Positions 26,144-39,488 are shown, counted from the first letter of the whole stretch. The stretch: DNA of 63,631 bases, filler included, from Octopus bimaculoides (GCF_001194135.2; 8 parts of 6 records of this genome joined end to end with filler, not necessarily neighbours in it); one strand, 5' to 3'. Program-made: numbers and translations. Notes: generated from the letters alone by a model not told the origin.

Positions 26144-26667
26144 TGGAAAGTTCCGAGGTCTTCCTGGAATGTTCCGAAGATGAACTACATCCTGGAAAGT
26201 TCAGAGGATGGAATTACCTGGAAACTTCCGAGGATGCACTACGTCCTGGAAAATACAGGGATATGGTCCTCACTGGAAGTGCTTCCTGGAAAGTTCCTAT
26301 GTTGAACTATTTCCTGGGAATTTCCGAGGATGTAGTAATTCCTGGAAAGTTCCAAGTGTGAACCACTTCCTGAAAAGTTCCTAGGATGGGATTTCCTGGA
26401 AAGTCTCGATGTCTAATGGTAGTCCCAAGTGTGCACTACTTCCTGGAATGTTCCTAGGATGGGATTTCCTGCTAAGTGTCGATACCTAATGGTAATTCCA
26501 TGTCTGAACTACTTCATGGAAAGGTCCGAGGATGAACTACTTCCTGGAAAGTTCCGAGGACTTCAGGCAAATCTCCGAGGATGAACTACTTCCTGGAAAA
26601 ACCCGAGGGTGGTACATCCTGGAAATTTCTGAGGTCTATCTGGAATGTTTCCGAGGATGAACTACTT
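26144..26667. repeat. Degenerate ~28-bp minisatellite, consensus about TTCCTGGAAAGTTCCGAGGATGAACTAC
   Basis: Repeated variants; one near-consensus unit starts at 26541. The left end is cut by an N gap. Confidence 0.9.
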
Positions 26668-27504
26668 ACTTTATTTAAGTAATGCGTGGATTACATTAAA
26701 TGTAAAATGCAGAGCAATGTTCAGCTGCACAAGGATACAGAAAATTTACTGAAAATTTCATTTCAGCAGAATGATCATATTACTGTTGTGACAACATTTA
26801 AACTAAGTGTGAAAGAAAAATACGAAAAAAAAAAAATTCGTGACATAGCCAAGGCTAGCAGGCTAGTAATTAATTCTAGGTAGAATTCTAACTGTCCCTG
26901 ATTTTAGTTGTTTCTTATCTAGTGATTTAAAGATTAAAGGGGCAATCAACCTTTCACTTATAAGGAAGGGGATGTGGTAAACATTATACATGTATATGGT
27001 TATAAAGATTCCTCTGGACATAGTGGCAACACAATTTTAGGTTGGGTTTCTTTTACTACTATTATAATGTAGGGGTAATTTAACATTAAGCATCTAGGTC
27101 AACGAACATTCATGAGAAACTCTGAAGTTGTTTTCAAAAATAGTATATATATATATATATATCATGTATGTATTTAATATTTCCGTATGGTAAGATCAGT
27201 AAAAATGCAATCCACACAGTGAAAGACAAACATAATTTAATGTACACCATACATATCCATGTAGGCATACTTCCTCACACACATATTTGCTGTATAGTTT
27301 GAGAATGGGAAGATAATGAATTAAAGCAGGTGCTTTTGACAAAGAGACAGATAAACAAACTGAAATCTGTATAAAAATATGAATGAAGTATACTTATTCT
27401 TTTATGTTAGTGTTAAGACATGCGTATAGGTTTCTATATATCATCATTAGCACGATAAAACACACTCACACAAATATATATATGTATGTATGTATTTATA
27501 AGGA

Positions 27505-27537
<33 letters not shown>

Positions 27538-29132
27538 AAGGATATATATATGTATATATGCTAAAACGTACGCGTATTATTTGTGTATGTTCTTGCACAA
27601 TTGACTAAAACAGTCTGAGTGAATAACAATTAAATTAACGTAATTATATATGATCTCAATATCTCATCACTGTTAAACGTTCTTTATGTTACGGCAATTA
27701 TATTGGGAAAAATTATTGAACTGTAAATGAAAACTGTTTCTTTCCGCATTTATATTTCGATTTCGATAATTACACAGGATGTGTACATCAATTTGGCGGC
27801 TAGGAATTAATTTTAACATTTATATATTCGTTCAGAGGTACACCCATACATACATGCTCTTCTTTCCTCCCAGTCCCTGCCTCACCCATCTCTTACTGTC
27901 TGTCTCAGCCACACAAATATGTGTACATAAAGATACATTATACACATAAACACTCACACTGACATACATATGATGTAATTTAAATGTGTTCCGAAGTTAC
28001 ATTTAGACTTTAAGTACATAACATATAATTTAACACTTTCCCCGTTAAATATCTTCATGTAATTCCATTTATAATATTAGCAAAACTAGTATTACTTCTC
28101 AGTCGTGTAAATACCGGTGCATTAACTGTGATCATCTTGGTAGAATGTTAGAATATCTCTCCGTCGCCCCTGCATCTAGATTAGAGAAGTTTTAATATTG
28201 ATTTCATTAATTGCCCTTAAAATGTGCTATAATTTAGCTACCGTTTACGTAGCTATTTGATAGCGATGTAAATATCTACTTTCAAATTATGTTCGCAGCT
28301 ACATCTATATTACCTTCAAAGTATTATTAATAAAACTTTGCAATACTTCTTTTAGATTCCCAGATGGTTTCATCATTGTATGAATAATATAAAGCTCTCA
28401 TAGAAACTACAGGAATATAGTCATTAATCTGCAAATAGCTTATATTTACTGGAGCATCGTAAAATATGTCTAATTTATATTTGTTCCCAAATATTGTCGT
28501 GGACTCAGAAATGATGTGTTTTGTTTTGTATGTAATAAGATAAAAGTAAGGGTGAAAAGTTTAATTTTCTGTTTCTATTTTTGCATACTAAATTGTATCG
28601 ACTATGATGTATACGTTTCGTTTCTCCATTTACCTAATAAGATCAATTTTAAATCTATTTTACGTACAACTTGCGATAGAGTGTATGTTAATATAATCTG
28701 GATAGAAGTGTTAAAAATACTTCTTAGTAATCATTCTCCTGCAATTCACAACCTAACAAAGGGCTGGACTTAATAACATTATTGAACGCATTATTTATTA
28801 TATAAATTTAGTGGTGCACACCTTTCTGCTTGTACACTGCATACGTAAACAATGTTATATATAAAGCAACGCTGAATAATCTTAGCTACTTCTTTTAAGC
28901 ATGCAAAATACCGGGGCAGTTTTCTTAATAGAAACGGCTGAAAAAGAAAATAAAAATGCATCACTTGTTCGTGTACACTAGTAAGAGTTTATTTCTAACA
29001 CTTCCAGCCATTAATGCAGCACCTGTGATACTGAAATGCCGAGGAAATGTAGAAATATTTCTATCACGAATGTATACTGAAACAAGTAAAGCGATGTAAC
29101 ACGCAAATTTATATATGTACATACATATATAT

Positions 29133-29291
<159 letters not shown>

Positions 29292-29299
29292 TGCGTGTG

Positions 29300-29334
<35 letters not shown>

Positions 29335-29357
29335 ATACATATATATATTAACTAAGT

Positions 29358-29939
29358 CTAATAGTGGGGCATCTAAGCTCCCGACGAAAAAAATAATAGG
29401 GTTTTCCGTACGTGTGGGCCTCAAACTCACACCTCTATGTTTTCATGACAAGAGTGGTACCGATACACCAACGTACCTCTCGTTTATTTCCGTCAGACTT
29501 AAGTACTATGATTTCATAATGTTGTTATAACCAAACATACATGTGCGTTTTCTGCGATGATTTTCTGGTAAGTTGTGTCGATTTTAGTGTTCTGTAAATC
29601 ATAATAATATTTCATAAGTTTAAAGCTCATTAGCGATCACCGTGCAATGAATGAGGTAAATAGTCTAATATGCTTATATAGTTCTTAAATCTGACGGAAG
29701 GAACCAAAGGTTGGTGGAACGGCAGTACACCTGTCGCGAAAACATAGCGGTGTGTGTGTTCAAATCCCACAAATACGGAAAGCCCTACTTTTTTTCCGTC
29801 GAGGACTTATAGGCACCAATATTAGAATATTTACCCTACTTAATGCATGGTGATTACTTATAAGCTTCGAGCTTATAGAATATTACTATTATTTACAGAA
29901 TTGTAAAATCGACACCGCTTATCAAAAGAAATATCATCG
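29358..29939. mobile_element. MITE/fold-back-like region with two interleaved inverted-repeat pairs
   Basis: 29358-29509 is inverted at 29678-29825; 29555-29630 is inverted at 29860-29939. Arms are clearly diverged. Confidence 0.7.
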
Positions 29940-29940
29940 T

Positions 29941-30520
29941 TACCCTTTTAATTTGTAATAATTATTCACTCCAGATTAGTATACGCAGATTTCTCTGCGA
30001 TATCACTTGTCGCGCACATGGTAATTTCTTGAGGAAGGGACAGTTAGACTGGCTGACCGAGGTGGATTCGGTTATGCTTTCTGATCTGTGTCGGTGTGGA
30101 ACTACCCGTCCATGCTTGCAGGGTTTGCTAGCATAGTCAAATTTACTACTGGAATACAGTACTGATGAAGGAAATTGATTATTAATTGTTAATTATTAAT
30201 CATAATCCTGAAACGCGTCTGCTGTTAATCATCTGAATTGGTTAGTTTTTCGTAGTTTTTTCTTCTTGTTTTTGCCTTTGTGAGTTACAAGTGATGCTAT
30301 CTGTGAGATTCTCAGCTTTTTTAGCTGCTATTTTCTGAACTTCGGTATATGGTGAAGCAAATAGTTTGCTGATCCCTTAATTATATTTATAAATATATGA
30401 ACTTTTGAATAAGTTCTCCACCAATAATGGTGCTTTCATACCGATGGGCTTGGTAAAAATTATTAATTATTAATTGATTTATTAATTAATAAATTGATAA
30501 TCCTTTACCCTTTTAATTTG

Positions 30521-30525
<5 letters not shown>
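29941..30525 (+). mobile_element. Penelope-type pLTR / retrozyme-like unit (~565 bp plus 20-bp terminal redundancy)
   Basis: TACCCTTTTAATTTGTAATA at both 29941 and 30506; internal canonical hammerhead; 3' part repeated at 57047-57267. Confidence 0.7.
30156..30225 (+). ncRNA. Minimal type I hammerhead ribozyme
   Basis: ACAGUA CUGAUGA AGGA...UCCU GAAA CGCG UC UGCUGU. Complete core, 6-bp stem I, palindromic CGCG loop III; predicted cleavage after 30219. Confidence 0.8.
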
Positions 30526-30551
<26 letters not shown>

Positions 30552-30554
<3 letters not shown>

Positions 30555-30930
30555 GACTCAATTTCACGGTTTCCATAAAAGGAAATATATATATCTCATC
30601 AAAATAGATATATATATACTTTCAAAAATCGAAAATTTCCACCAATTTATGTCTAGAAGATGGCCACTTACTCTGCTTCCACTACGGACTCAAAACAGCA
30701 CCAAACCCAGTTCATGCGTTCCGCACTCTGTCCTTGAGAGTATCTTCGAGTAACCACTTGAGCTAAGCCTTGCTGTTGGAAGCAGAGCGTTTGGTGTCTT
30801 TCTCATCCGCGTCCCACACGAAGTTTTCCATTGAATTACAATCGACGGAAATATGAGTCTTAAAATTGAGGCTGTTGAAGTCATAGGAATCCAATGACAA
30901 CCACTTCTGACTCTCTGTGTATTTCTCATG
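30552..30930 (-). mobile_element. Tc1/mariner (DD37D/maT-like) transposase C-terminal remnant
   Basis: SQKWLSLDSYDFNSLN..S.DCNSMENFVWDADEKDTKRSASNSKA resembles the WL..N..DF..WPPNSPD.NP.DY.VW..VEKD motif of this group. Confidence 0.65.
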
Positions 30931-31149
30931 CTTTGCTACCATTGGAGTGAAGATGCGACGTCGTATCAAGAATACTTTTGCAAATTATTTCCAATGATAT
31001 GTCTACTTCAAATTCTTGATTTGTCATTTTGCTCTATAATGTTTCGGATAACCTTCCTCACAATGTTATACTATGGAAATGCTGAGGAAGTCATTGACAG
31101 CACAAGTATATGGGCTCTAGCTGATCTGATCAACAGAACAGCCTTCCCA

Positions 31150-31390
31150 GGAAATTAACATGCAAGCGGTTGAGCATTCCACAGACACGCGTAACGTTAA
31201 TGTAGTTCCCAAGGAGATTCAGCGTGACACAGAAAATACAGGTACACCTTATTTTTGCCAGCTGAGTGAACTAGAGCAACTTCAAATAAAGTGTCTTGCT
31301 CAGGGACCAACACGTTGCCGGTAATTGAAATCACGACCTTACGATCGTGAGGCGCATACCCTAACCACTAAGTCCCGCACCTTCACACAT
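31150..31390. mobile_element. Third SINE family copy
   Basis: AAATAAAGTGTCTTGCTCAGGG..CACGACC..TCGTGAG..CCTAACCACTAAG; related fragments near 9600-9660 and 12285-12340. Confidence 0.7.
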
Positions 31391-33049
31391 GAGTGTCTAA
31401 TGTGTTGTAAAACATTACAATTTCCCATCAATATTTTGTATGGAATAATTAATGATTTTTGTGTTCCTTTCCATTCCTGCATAAAATCAGAAATTCTTTA
31501 ATTTCCCTTAAATGACTTCTTGATTACGTAAGAAGAGTGAAACTCCAGTTTTGGATGAACTGAATGTGTTAGACTGTCACCTCGAAGTATTGTATAACTT
31601 TATATATGTATATTAGCCAATATAATTTTAAATAACTAAGATTATACAAATGATGCAATAAAGAAACTTAGGTTGTGTGAATCATAAAATACAAGTTGTA
31701 TGGTTGATTGCAACGATGTGCTACAGTAAATTTTTACAGACAAGTGTACTTATTTAATCAGTCAAATTTATGTTGTAACGTACTTTCAAGCTAAAGCACA
31801 ATTTCCTCAATAACTCAGTTTCTGTACACTAGACGCAATATATACATGTCCCAAACATCTAATTAACGTTTGATTTCTTTTCTCTGCTATTTCACATGAA
31901 TCTTCTAAAAGACTAATTAGATATAGTGTTATTTATTTTGATATTTAAAGTGAAGTTTTAAAACACAACTGTTTTATCTATATCTTTAGTCTGTACTGTT
32001 TTTTTACATTTATATGTATTCTATGTTTAATATATTCTATACTTAATGTGTGATATCGCATTTTCTAACATTCAAACTGCTCTTTACAAACTGCTCTTTA
32101 CAAACTGCTTTGAAGAAATTATTTACAGAGCAGAGAGACGCAAAGTGTTGAAGTTTCATTATTGGATGTAGAATTCAATTGCAACCTCACCTCGGTATTT
32201 ATTTAATTTTCCTTCGAAACTCATTTGCTTAATTATAGGAAAGTTCTACTAATATATTTAACACTTCGGTAATGGTGTTTGTGCTCATTCTCCCAATATT
32301 GCATTTCAATACTTAGGCAATAAATGCCGACAGTACATATAGCATCTAGCTATTTCGTTACTTCATTATTTATTTACAGTTTTCAAATAGAATGCGTTAC
32401 TTGGCTTATAAGTCAGTGATATAATGGCAGTATTTACTCACGAATAATCAGGAGTACAGGGCCAATACACATTTAGAATATATCGGCAACATACATCTAT
32501 AACTCTTTCTTTGGACCCTCAACTCCTGCTGGATACGTAGTGGTTTGGATGTAACGAGCGAACTATGCTCGATACTATTGAGCAAACGGTGACCATTCCT
32601 CTGCTAGTCTGATTAGACTCTATTTCTTCAGCAGATAGAGAGGGAAGAGAGCGTAAGAGAGACACAGGAGGAGAGAGAGAGGAAAGCAACCAGAGAAAAT
32701 GGAAAACAATCAGAGAGACAGGAAGATAATCAGAGATAATATGAACTGTGGAGCATGTTACAAGATCGGTACTTTGTCTATCATAAAAAGACGAGGTAAA
32801 GTTGATCTCTAATATATTTGAACATAAAGTGTGAACATTGCCAAGGAAAGTCTAAAGTAATCTAGGTGCGACTCAACAACTCGATCAGTTCATATTAATT
32901 TTATGAACATAAATATGTGCTTGCAAAATATGTGTATGTGTACGTGAGAAATTGCTTTTCGATGTTTCGATATTTTGGAGTTTACGCGTATAATGTGATC
33001 TTGTTTCTCCCTCTCTGGTGAATTCTATAAGCAGAAACAGTCTTGCTAA

Positions 33050-34125
33050 GGACACCTGGATGGGCCTCAATTATGCTAACTTCTTTGAAGATTATGTAGA
33101 GGAGTAAATCTTTGCCCAATTCACTGGACCTATTTCAGAGTTGTAGAGTCGTTACATTGACCACGCTAGTGGTGTCACAAGCTTTAACAGACAACAGCTC
33201 AACAATTTTATTTTTTTCGTTAATACCTTTCAGCCTTGGAATTCACTCACATTATATCTGATACTTCTGTTTGCTTTCTGGATATCGCCGTCAAAATACA
33301 CAATACCCACTTCTCCACCTCCGTCCACTATAAACTTGCTGACTCCCATTCCTACATCCACTACTCTTTCTCTTATCCCAAAGACATTAAAACTGCCATA
33401 CATTTCAATTTATTCGCCTTCAATATCTTTCAGGCATTGATTCGGATTTTGAATCCCATTGCAAAAATGAAGCGACAGTTTTTTCTAAATCGAGGGCATC
33501 TTCCATCAGTTGTCGATTCGCCACCACTCCAGCGAGCCCGAGCCATCAACCGCCCGTCCATCCTCCCTCTAAAATATAAACTCACCCACAACTTTCTCAT
33601 TCTTTTTTCTGACCCACCAACTATCCCTATCTTTCCCACACCGCCTCTCCTGTCATTTAAAATAGATAGGAGCGTAAGAAATCACTTTGTTAGAAGCTTC
33701 ATAACTCCCTGTTCCGCACAACCAGGAACCTTTAAACGTTCTCGCCGACAATGTAATACATACCCCTACATGAACAATATTACCACCATCATGGGGCCCA
33801 AGAAGTGTCATCACATAACACACCACTTCTGTTGGAATTCGGCAGATCTTATAGTAATATATGTAGACTGCGAAGCTTTTTACATTGGAGAAACAGGCTG
33901 ACGCTTCAGGGATCGCTTTCGCGGGCATATCAGAAGCATGATGCTTCGGATGTCAGGCCGACCTGACAACTTCAACACTGCGAATCATTCTATTGAAGAT
34001 TAATCGGTGTGCAGCATGGCCTTGCACCACAGATGTCCCTTCTCCAAGAAACGAAAGAAGCAATGTTTCATATTTCGTTTTGGCACTATGTCTCCGACAA
34101 GTATGAATGAACGTTTTTCCTTTCA
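33050..34125 (+). mobile_element. Penelope-like element (second family): RT C-half + GIY-YIG; decayed
   Basis: MGLNYANFFEDYVE, RYID, LEFT..SDTSVCFLDI, HYK..DSHSY; PGTFK.SRRQCNTYP; AFYIGETG..H; MNERF end. Confidence 0.88.
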
Positions 34126-34319
34126 CCCTTTCACCTTCTTCTAATTCTGTTTTACTCTTTTTAATCCGCCTTCCACCCTCTTTCTTAAACATTTCCTTAT
34201 TTATTTACCTCTACTCTCTCCATCACAATTTTCCTCCTCCTTTCTGCACGCCGTCTCCGAAAACTCCCCGTTTCACGTTAGCAGCCCGCGTTATTATGCG
34301 TCCATTATTAGTTCACTGT

Positions 34320-34680
34320 AAGGCGGCGAGCTGGCAGAAACGTCAGCATACTGGGCGAAATGCTTAGTGGTATTTCGTCTGCCGTTACGTTCTGAGTTCA
34401 AATTCCGCCGAGGTCGACTTTGCCTTTCATCATTTCGGGGTCGATAAATTAAGTGCCAGTTACACACTGGGATCAATGTAATCGACTTAATCCCTTTGTC
34501 TGTCTTTGTTTGTCCCCTCTATGTTTAGCACCTTGTGGGCAATAAAGAAATAAGAAACGTTAGCACGTCATTCGAAGTGCTTAGTAGTATTTTGTCTGTT
34601 TTACGTTCTGAGTTCAAATTCCGCTGAGGTCGATCTAATGGACTGGGCCCCTTTCCCCAAAACTTCGAGCCTTGTGCCCT
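34320..34680 (+). mobile_element. Second SINE family: one full and one partial tandem copy
   Basis: AAGGCGGCGAGCTGGCAGAAACG..GAGTTCAAATTCCGCCGAGGTCGAC; partial restart at ~34553. Confidence 0.85.
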
Positions 34681-34780
34681 GAGTATATAAGTTTAATAGT
34701 TCACTGTACCCCTTTTACTGTTTTCTTATATTTTCAAGTCTTGCCGACGCAGAGCTACCATATTATTGCCTATATGTATG

Positions 34781-34849
<69 letters not shown>

Positions 34850-35169
34850 AAGCGAAATATTCATATATGCTTATATGTATATACATATGTGTGTGTGTGT
34901 GTATCGTCAGTAGACCATATCTCCGAAAAAGTAGCACATCCTAAAAGTTAGATCAGTAATCTATTTACATGACGTTAATTATGAGCGTGGCAATTGTAAT
35001 CTGACCAGTCGTCTATAAAGCTAAGCGCTTTATGGATGGGAAGCCATTAGTCACTCTATCACTGTTATCACTGATCATATAACAAACCTGTGTATACACT
35101 CACACACACATATATATATTCTTTAAATTCTTTAGGTTCTTTAAAATGCTTCAGCTTCAAAAGCTGCGA

Positions 35170-37676
35170 TTAGGCTGGGGCACCACCGCTGACTGGACTA
35201 CACCATTATTTGAAACCTCTTCTGATATTTGGTCAACGAGGGTGTTTGGTACCGCTTCCCTCATGTGTGTTTCCTTCCGTGGTGTAGGCTCGTCTGGAAC
35301 CCTTGATAGGAAGAGATCCTGTTTTCTTTTAAAGACATTTGCATCCACACTATGCAGGTCTCTCAGACATTTTGGAAGGATATTGAAGATTTGTGTGCCC
35401 TTGAAACCCATGCTGTTGCAGTATTCTCTATTTTCGTCCTGTATTTTGATGGCGTTGCTGGGGATCTTTGGCACTCTGAAGTGGCATCCTGTTCTTCTCT
35501 TTGAGTGACTTTCAATGCCAAAGTTAGGTACAAGGCCTTCCAGGATTATCCAGATGTATAAAGAATTTTAATTCTTTCAGTTTTTCCCAGTAGCTGAACG
35601 TTGCATTGAGACAATTTTCTTAGTGTAGCTTCGTTGGATTGTTTCGAGTTCTGGCGTGAATTCTATATTCTGTGGTGACCATGGCTGTGTGCAGTAGTTC
35701 AAGCGGCTGGGGACTCATGTCCTGCAATGGACCATCTATGTCACCTTCTCTCTTGTTTTGAAAGTTCGGAGGATCCATCCACGTAGCCGTCTGCATTTTA
35801 TTACCGAATTGACATTATGCACTTCAAAAGATGCATCATTGCTCATGTCAGGCTCTGATTTTGATTCAGAGATTGCAATTCCTCTCGGGCCTGCGTATCC
35901 TGTTTGCGTGTCGTTTAGCTTCGTGTGCTGGTAGCGCAAGGTCTGTAATTTTCCTGCATTAAACTGCATGTTGATGTCCTGAGCCCACCTGTATATTGCA
36001 TCCAACTCCTGTTGTAAATGTGCAATATTCTCAGTGTTTTGTATTGTCTGAGAGACTTTTGTCTCATCTGCATAGCTACCAAAGCTGGCTATCTGAGCAG
36101 CTGAGAGCATTCTGAGAGGGCTACTATGAATAACAGCGGGCCTAAGACAGTGCCCTACGGAACACCACTTGCTGTTTGTGTTTCCTTGATGGCCACCAAT
36201 GCCTGACGTCATGAAAGTCATGCAGCCACTCTCCAAGTTTTCCGACTATGCTGAGATCATGCAGTTTACGACATATCATACCATGAAGTAGTTGTATGCT
36301 GTCAACTTAATGTGACAGTCTCCTGAAGGGAATGATACTACTGCTCTCATTCCTCCCTTGAGGGGACTGTCACATTAAGCTGGCAGCATACAACTACTTC
36401 ATCGTATCACTACTGCATAAATTTCTCTGAGAGATTTAGAAATGTATTATTTCTATATCATACCATAGTCAACTTTATCAAAAACATTTACAAAGACAAG
36501 TCTTATCACATATACGCTTGAGACATTTAGCAGTGGTTTTAAAACCCAGTCGTAGTTAGACAGCTATGTTAGATAGTTTCTACCTAATCGAAATCCATGC
36601 TGGGTGTCAATCAGCAAGTAATTTTCTTCAAGAAACGTGGTTAGCTTCTTGCGGACTACATGTTCGATAGCTTTGCTGATCTGTGAGTTCAGAGAGATAG
36701 GCCTATAATAATTTAGCATCTGCTCTGCTTCTTCCCTTATGGATAGGGCATATTATCCCTTCCTACAGTTTGTCTGGAAGATTACCACTTGCAAAGAAGC
36801 TATAAAAGAGAAGCTGCCGTGATTTTGCAAGGGCTCATTTGCACGATTTGAGAAGAACCGCTAGAAAGCAATCAGAGCCAGCAGCCGATTTTGTGTTAAC
36901 CTCATCTATGACCAGTGTTACATCTTCTTCAATATTTATGTATATTTTATGTATTCAATATTCGCCTCAGGTAAAGTGGCAAGGAATTCTGCTGGTTTGT
37001 TCCTTTGCATGTGTCCTAGAGCTGTAGTGGATACACGTTCGTTCAGTATTTTACTTATCTTCATGGGGTTTCCTGTGAGGGAGCCATCTTTTGGAAAGAG
37101 GGGTCCTATCTTGTGTCGTACCGAGGATGTTTCATTAACAAACTAAAACAAAGATTTAGAGTACGACTTGATATTTTCTATAACCCTAGCTTGTTTATCT
37201 ACTCGCTCCTTTTCATGAGACTGGTGCAGAGTTTTCTCAATCTCCAATAGCGCTTTCTCCAGGTGAGAATTCTCAATCTTCCTTTTCCTAGGGATCCTAC
37301 TTTTGTGTATTTTGGCCTTGCACACTGGCACACATTCGGCACATATAGCTTGTATTATGGACATGGAATGTCAATGTCTGGTGTGGAGACATTTAGGCGA
37401 ATCCTGTTTGGGGATCGCTTTCTCAATCAACTGCCAATTTGCCTTATGCAAATTTAGTTTTGAGAAATTTTGGGTGTTTCCTATAGGCTGTATGTCTGCA
37501 GGGACTTTTGGTCCATACATAAACAGCTTTGTTATGTTGTGATCCGATACCAGCGACAGTGTCCCTTTAACATTATGGACAATGTCCATATTGTTTGTGA
37601 AGCAGAGATACAGTATATTATTTGCCCTGGTTCGCTGTAGCACAATTTCCTCCATGAAAGAAGAATATGACATTAA
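35170..37676 (-). mobile_element. CR1-like LINE: endonuclease C-terminus through RT to the 3' end; decayed
   Basis: NNILYLCFTN..SDHNI (EN end), NLHKANW, FDKVDYG, SYADETKVSQ, QFNAGK, LSRVPDEP. Confidence 0.88.
36285..36454. mobile_element. Unclassified 170-bp hairpin insertion with 12-bp TSD (ATATCATACCAT)
   Basis: TSD at 36273-36284 and 36455-36466; ~50-bp inverted arms with about 4 mismatches. Removing it restores the LINE frame FDKVDYGMICRKL. Confidence 0.85.
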
Positions 37677-38005
37677 ATACATACATGCATGCATACATAC
37701 ATACATACATACATACATACATACATACATGCATACATACGTACATACATACAAACATACATACATACAGACAAGGCAGAAAGACAGACATACTGTATTA
37801 TTAATTTGATGGTGCCACACAGTGAAACAACTATAAATTGATAAATTATAAACAACAGACACGGGATTGAAATGCGAGCTAATCTCGTTGTCATGTGAAC
37901 ATATGATGATATAGGTCACGCTCTGCAGCACTGATAAAATAGTGTACTTTGAGATGCCTTAAATATATTGTAGCTTATATTTAAAAAGCGCGTGTATATT
38001 AAATA

Positions 38006-38113
<108 letters not shown>

Positions 38114-38709
38114 NNNNNNNNNNNNNNNNNNNNNNNNNNNNNNNNNNNNNNNNNNNNNNNNNNNNNNNNNNNNNNNNNNNNNNNNNNNNNNNNNNNNNNN
38201 NNNNNNNNNNNNNNNNNNNNNNNNNNNNNNNNNNNNNNNNNNNNNNNNNNNNNNNNNNNNNNNNNNNNNNNNNNNNNNNNNNNNNNNNNNNNNNNNNNNN
38301 NNNNNNNNNNNNNNNNNNNNNNNNNNNNNNNNNNNNNNNNNNNNNNNNNNNNNNNNNNNNNNNNNNNNNNNNNNNNNNNNNNNNNNNNNNNNNNNNNNNN
38401 NNNNNNNNNNNNNNNNNNNNNNNNNNNNNNNNNNNNNNNNNNNNNNNNNNNNNNNNNNNNNNNNNNNNNNNNNNNNNNNNNNNNNNNNNNNNNNNNNNNN
38501 NNNNNNNNNNNNNNNNNNNNNNNNNNNNNNNNNNNNNNNNNNNNNNNNNNNNNNNNNNNNNNNNNNNNNNNNNNNNNNNNNNNNNNNNNNNNNNNNNNNN
38601 NNNNNNNNNNNNNNNNNNNNNNNNNNNNNNNNNNNNNNNNNNNNNNNNNNNNNNNNNNNNNNNNNNNNNNNNNNNNNNNNNNNNNNNNNNNNNNNNTATA
38701 TATATATAT

Positions 38710-38769
<60 letters not shown>

Positions 38770-39134
38770 GCAGGTGATCGGAAGTAGCTTATATGTGTGT
38801 CTGTATGCTTGTATGTATGTAGATATTACAAGGATTCTGGTTGTACAGATAACATATATCACAAATGACGGTTTCATCATGGAGACATGTGTTTTAGATC
38901 ATGGCAAGCTAATAAGATATTAATGAACCAGCTTGGATTTACTCCTATTTCTTCCTCAGTAAATACATTTCTGTGTCGACTAAGACAAACATATATGCTG
39001 GGTGCGAGGCAGGTTTTATTATACTTGGCCTAAAATCGACTGAAGTGCGAATTACGATTGTTCTGCTCGAAATGGCTGACTTGTGGCTAAAAGATATATA
39101 AGTGAAATAACTATTATCACTGGGTTACTGGAGA

Positions 39135-39228
39135 ATGTCTGACCTGGGGCTAAATGATATACCTAACAACAACAATAACAATCACGCCAGACGCAACAGC
39201 CCGGATTTCGGTGTCAAAACTGTAGACC
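39135..39228 (+). CDS. Candidate first coding exon of an unidentified host gene (MSDLGLNDIPNNNNNNHARRNSPDFGVKTVD)
   Basis: ATG, 31 open codons + 1 nt, then a consensus donor GTAAGT at 39229, in non-repeat sequence. No homology recognised. Confidence 0.35.
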
Positions 39229-39449
39229 GTAAGTAAACAATCACAGTTACTTCCTTTCATATGACACAGTAACTTGTTGGTACTTTATTAATCGATAACG
39301 TGAATGAAGTTATTTATTATTGATATTTGAAAGCATTAAAATCACAAGAGAATAATATTTTGTTAAACAGTCTGGTTCTATGAAAAAGAAATCGACTGGT
39401 CTAATATTTACACACTGCTACACAAACACTATTCATACACGCATATATA

Positions 39450-39488
<39 letters not shown>

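Noticed and set aside
30506-30525. TTAA-AAGGG end suggesting a Kolobok/piggyBac terminus
   Set aside because: The motif is a direct, not inverted, repeat and the unit carries a hammerhead, which fits a pLTR better.
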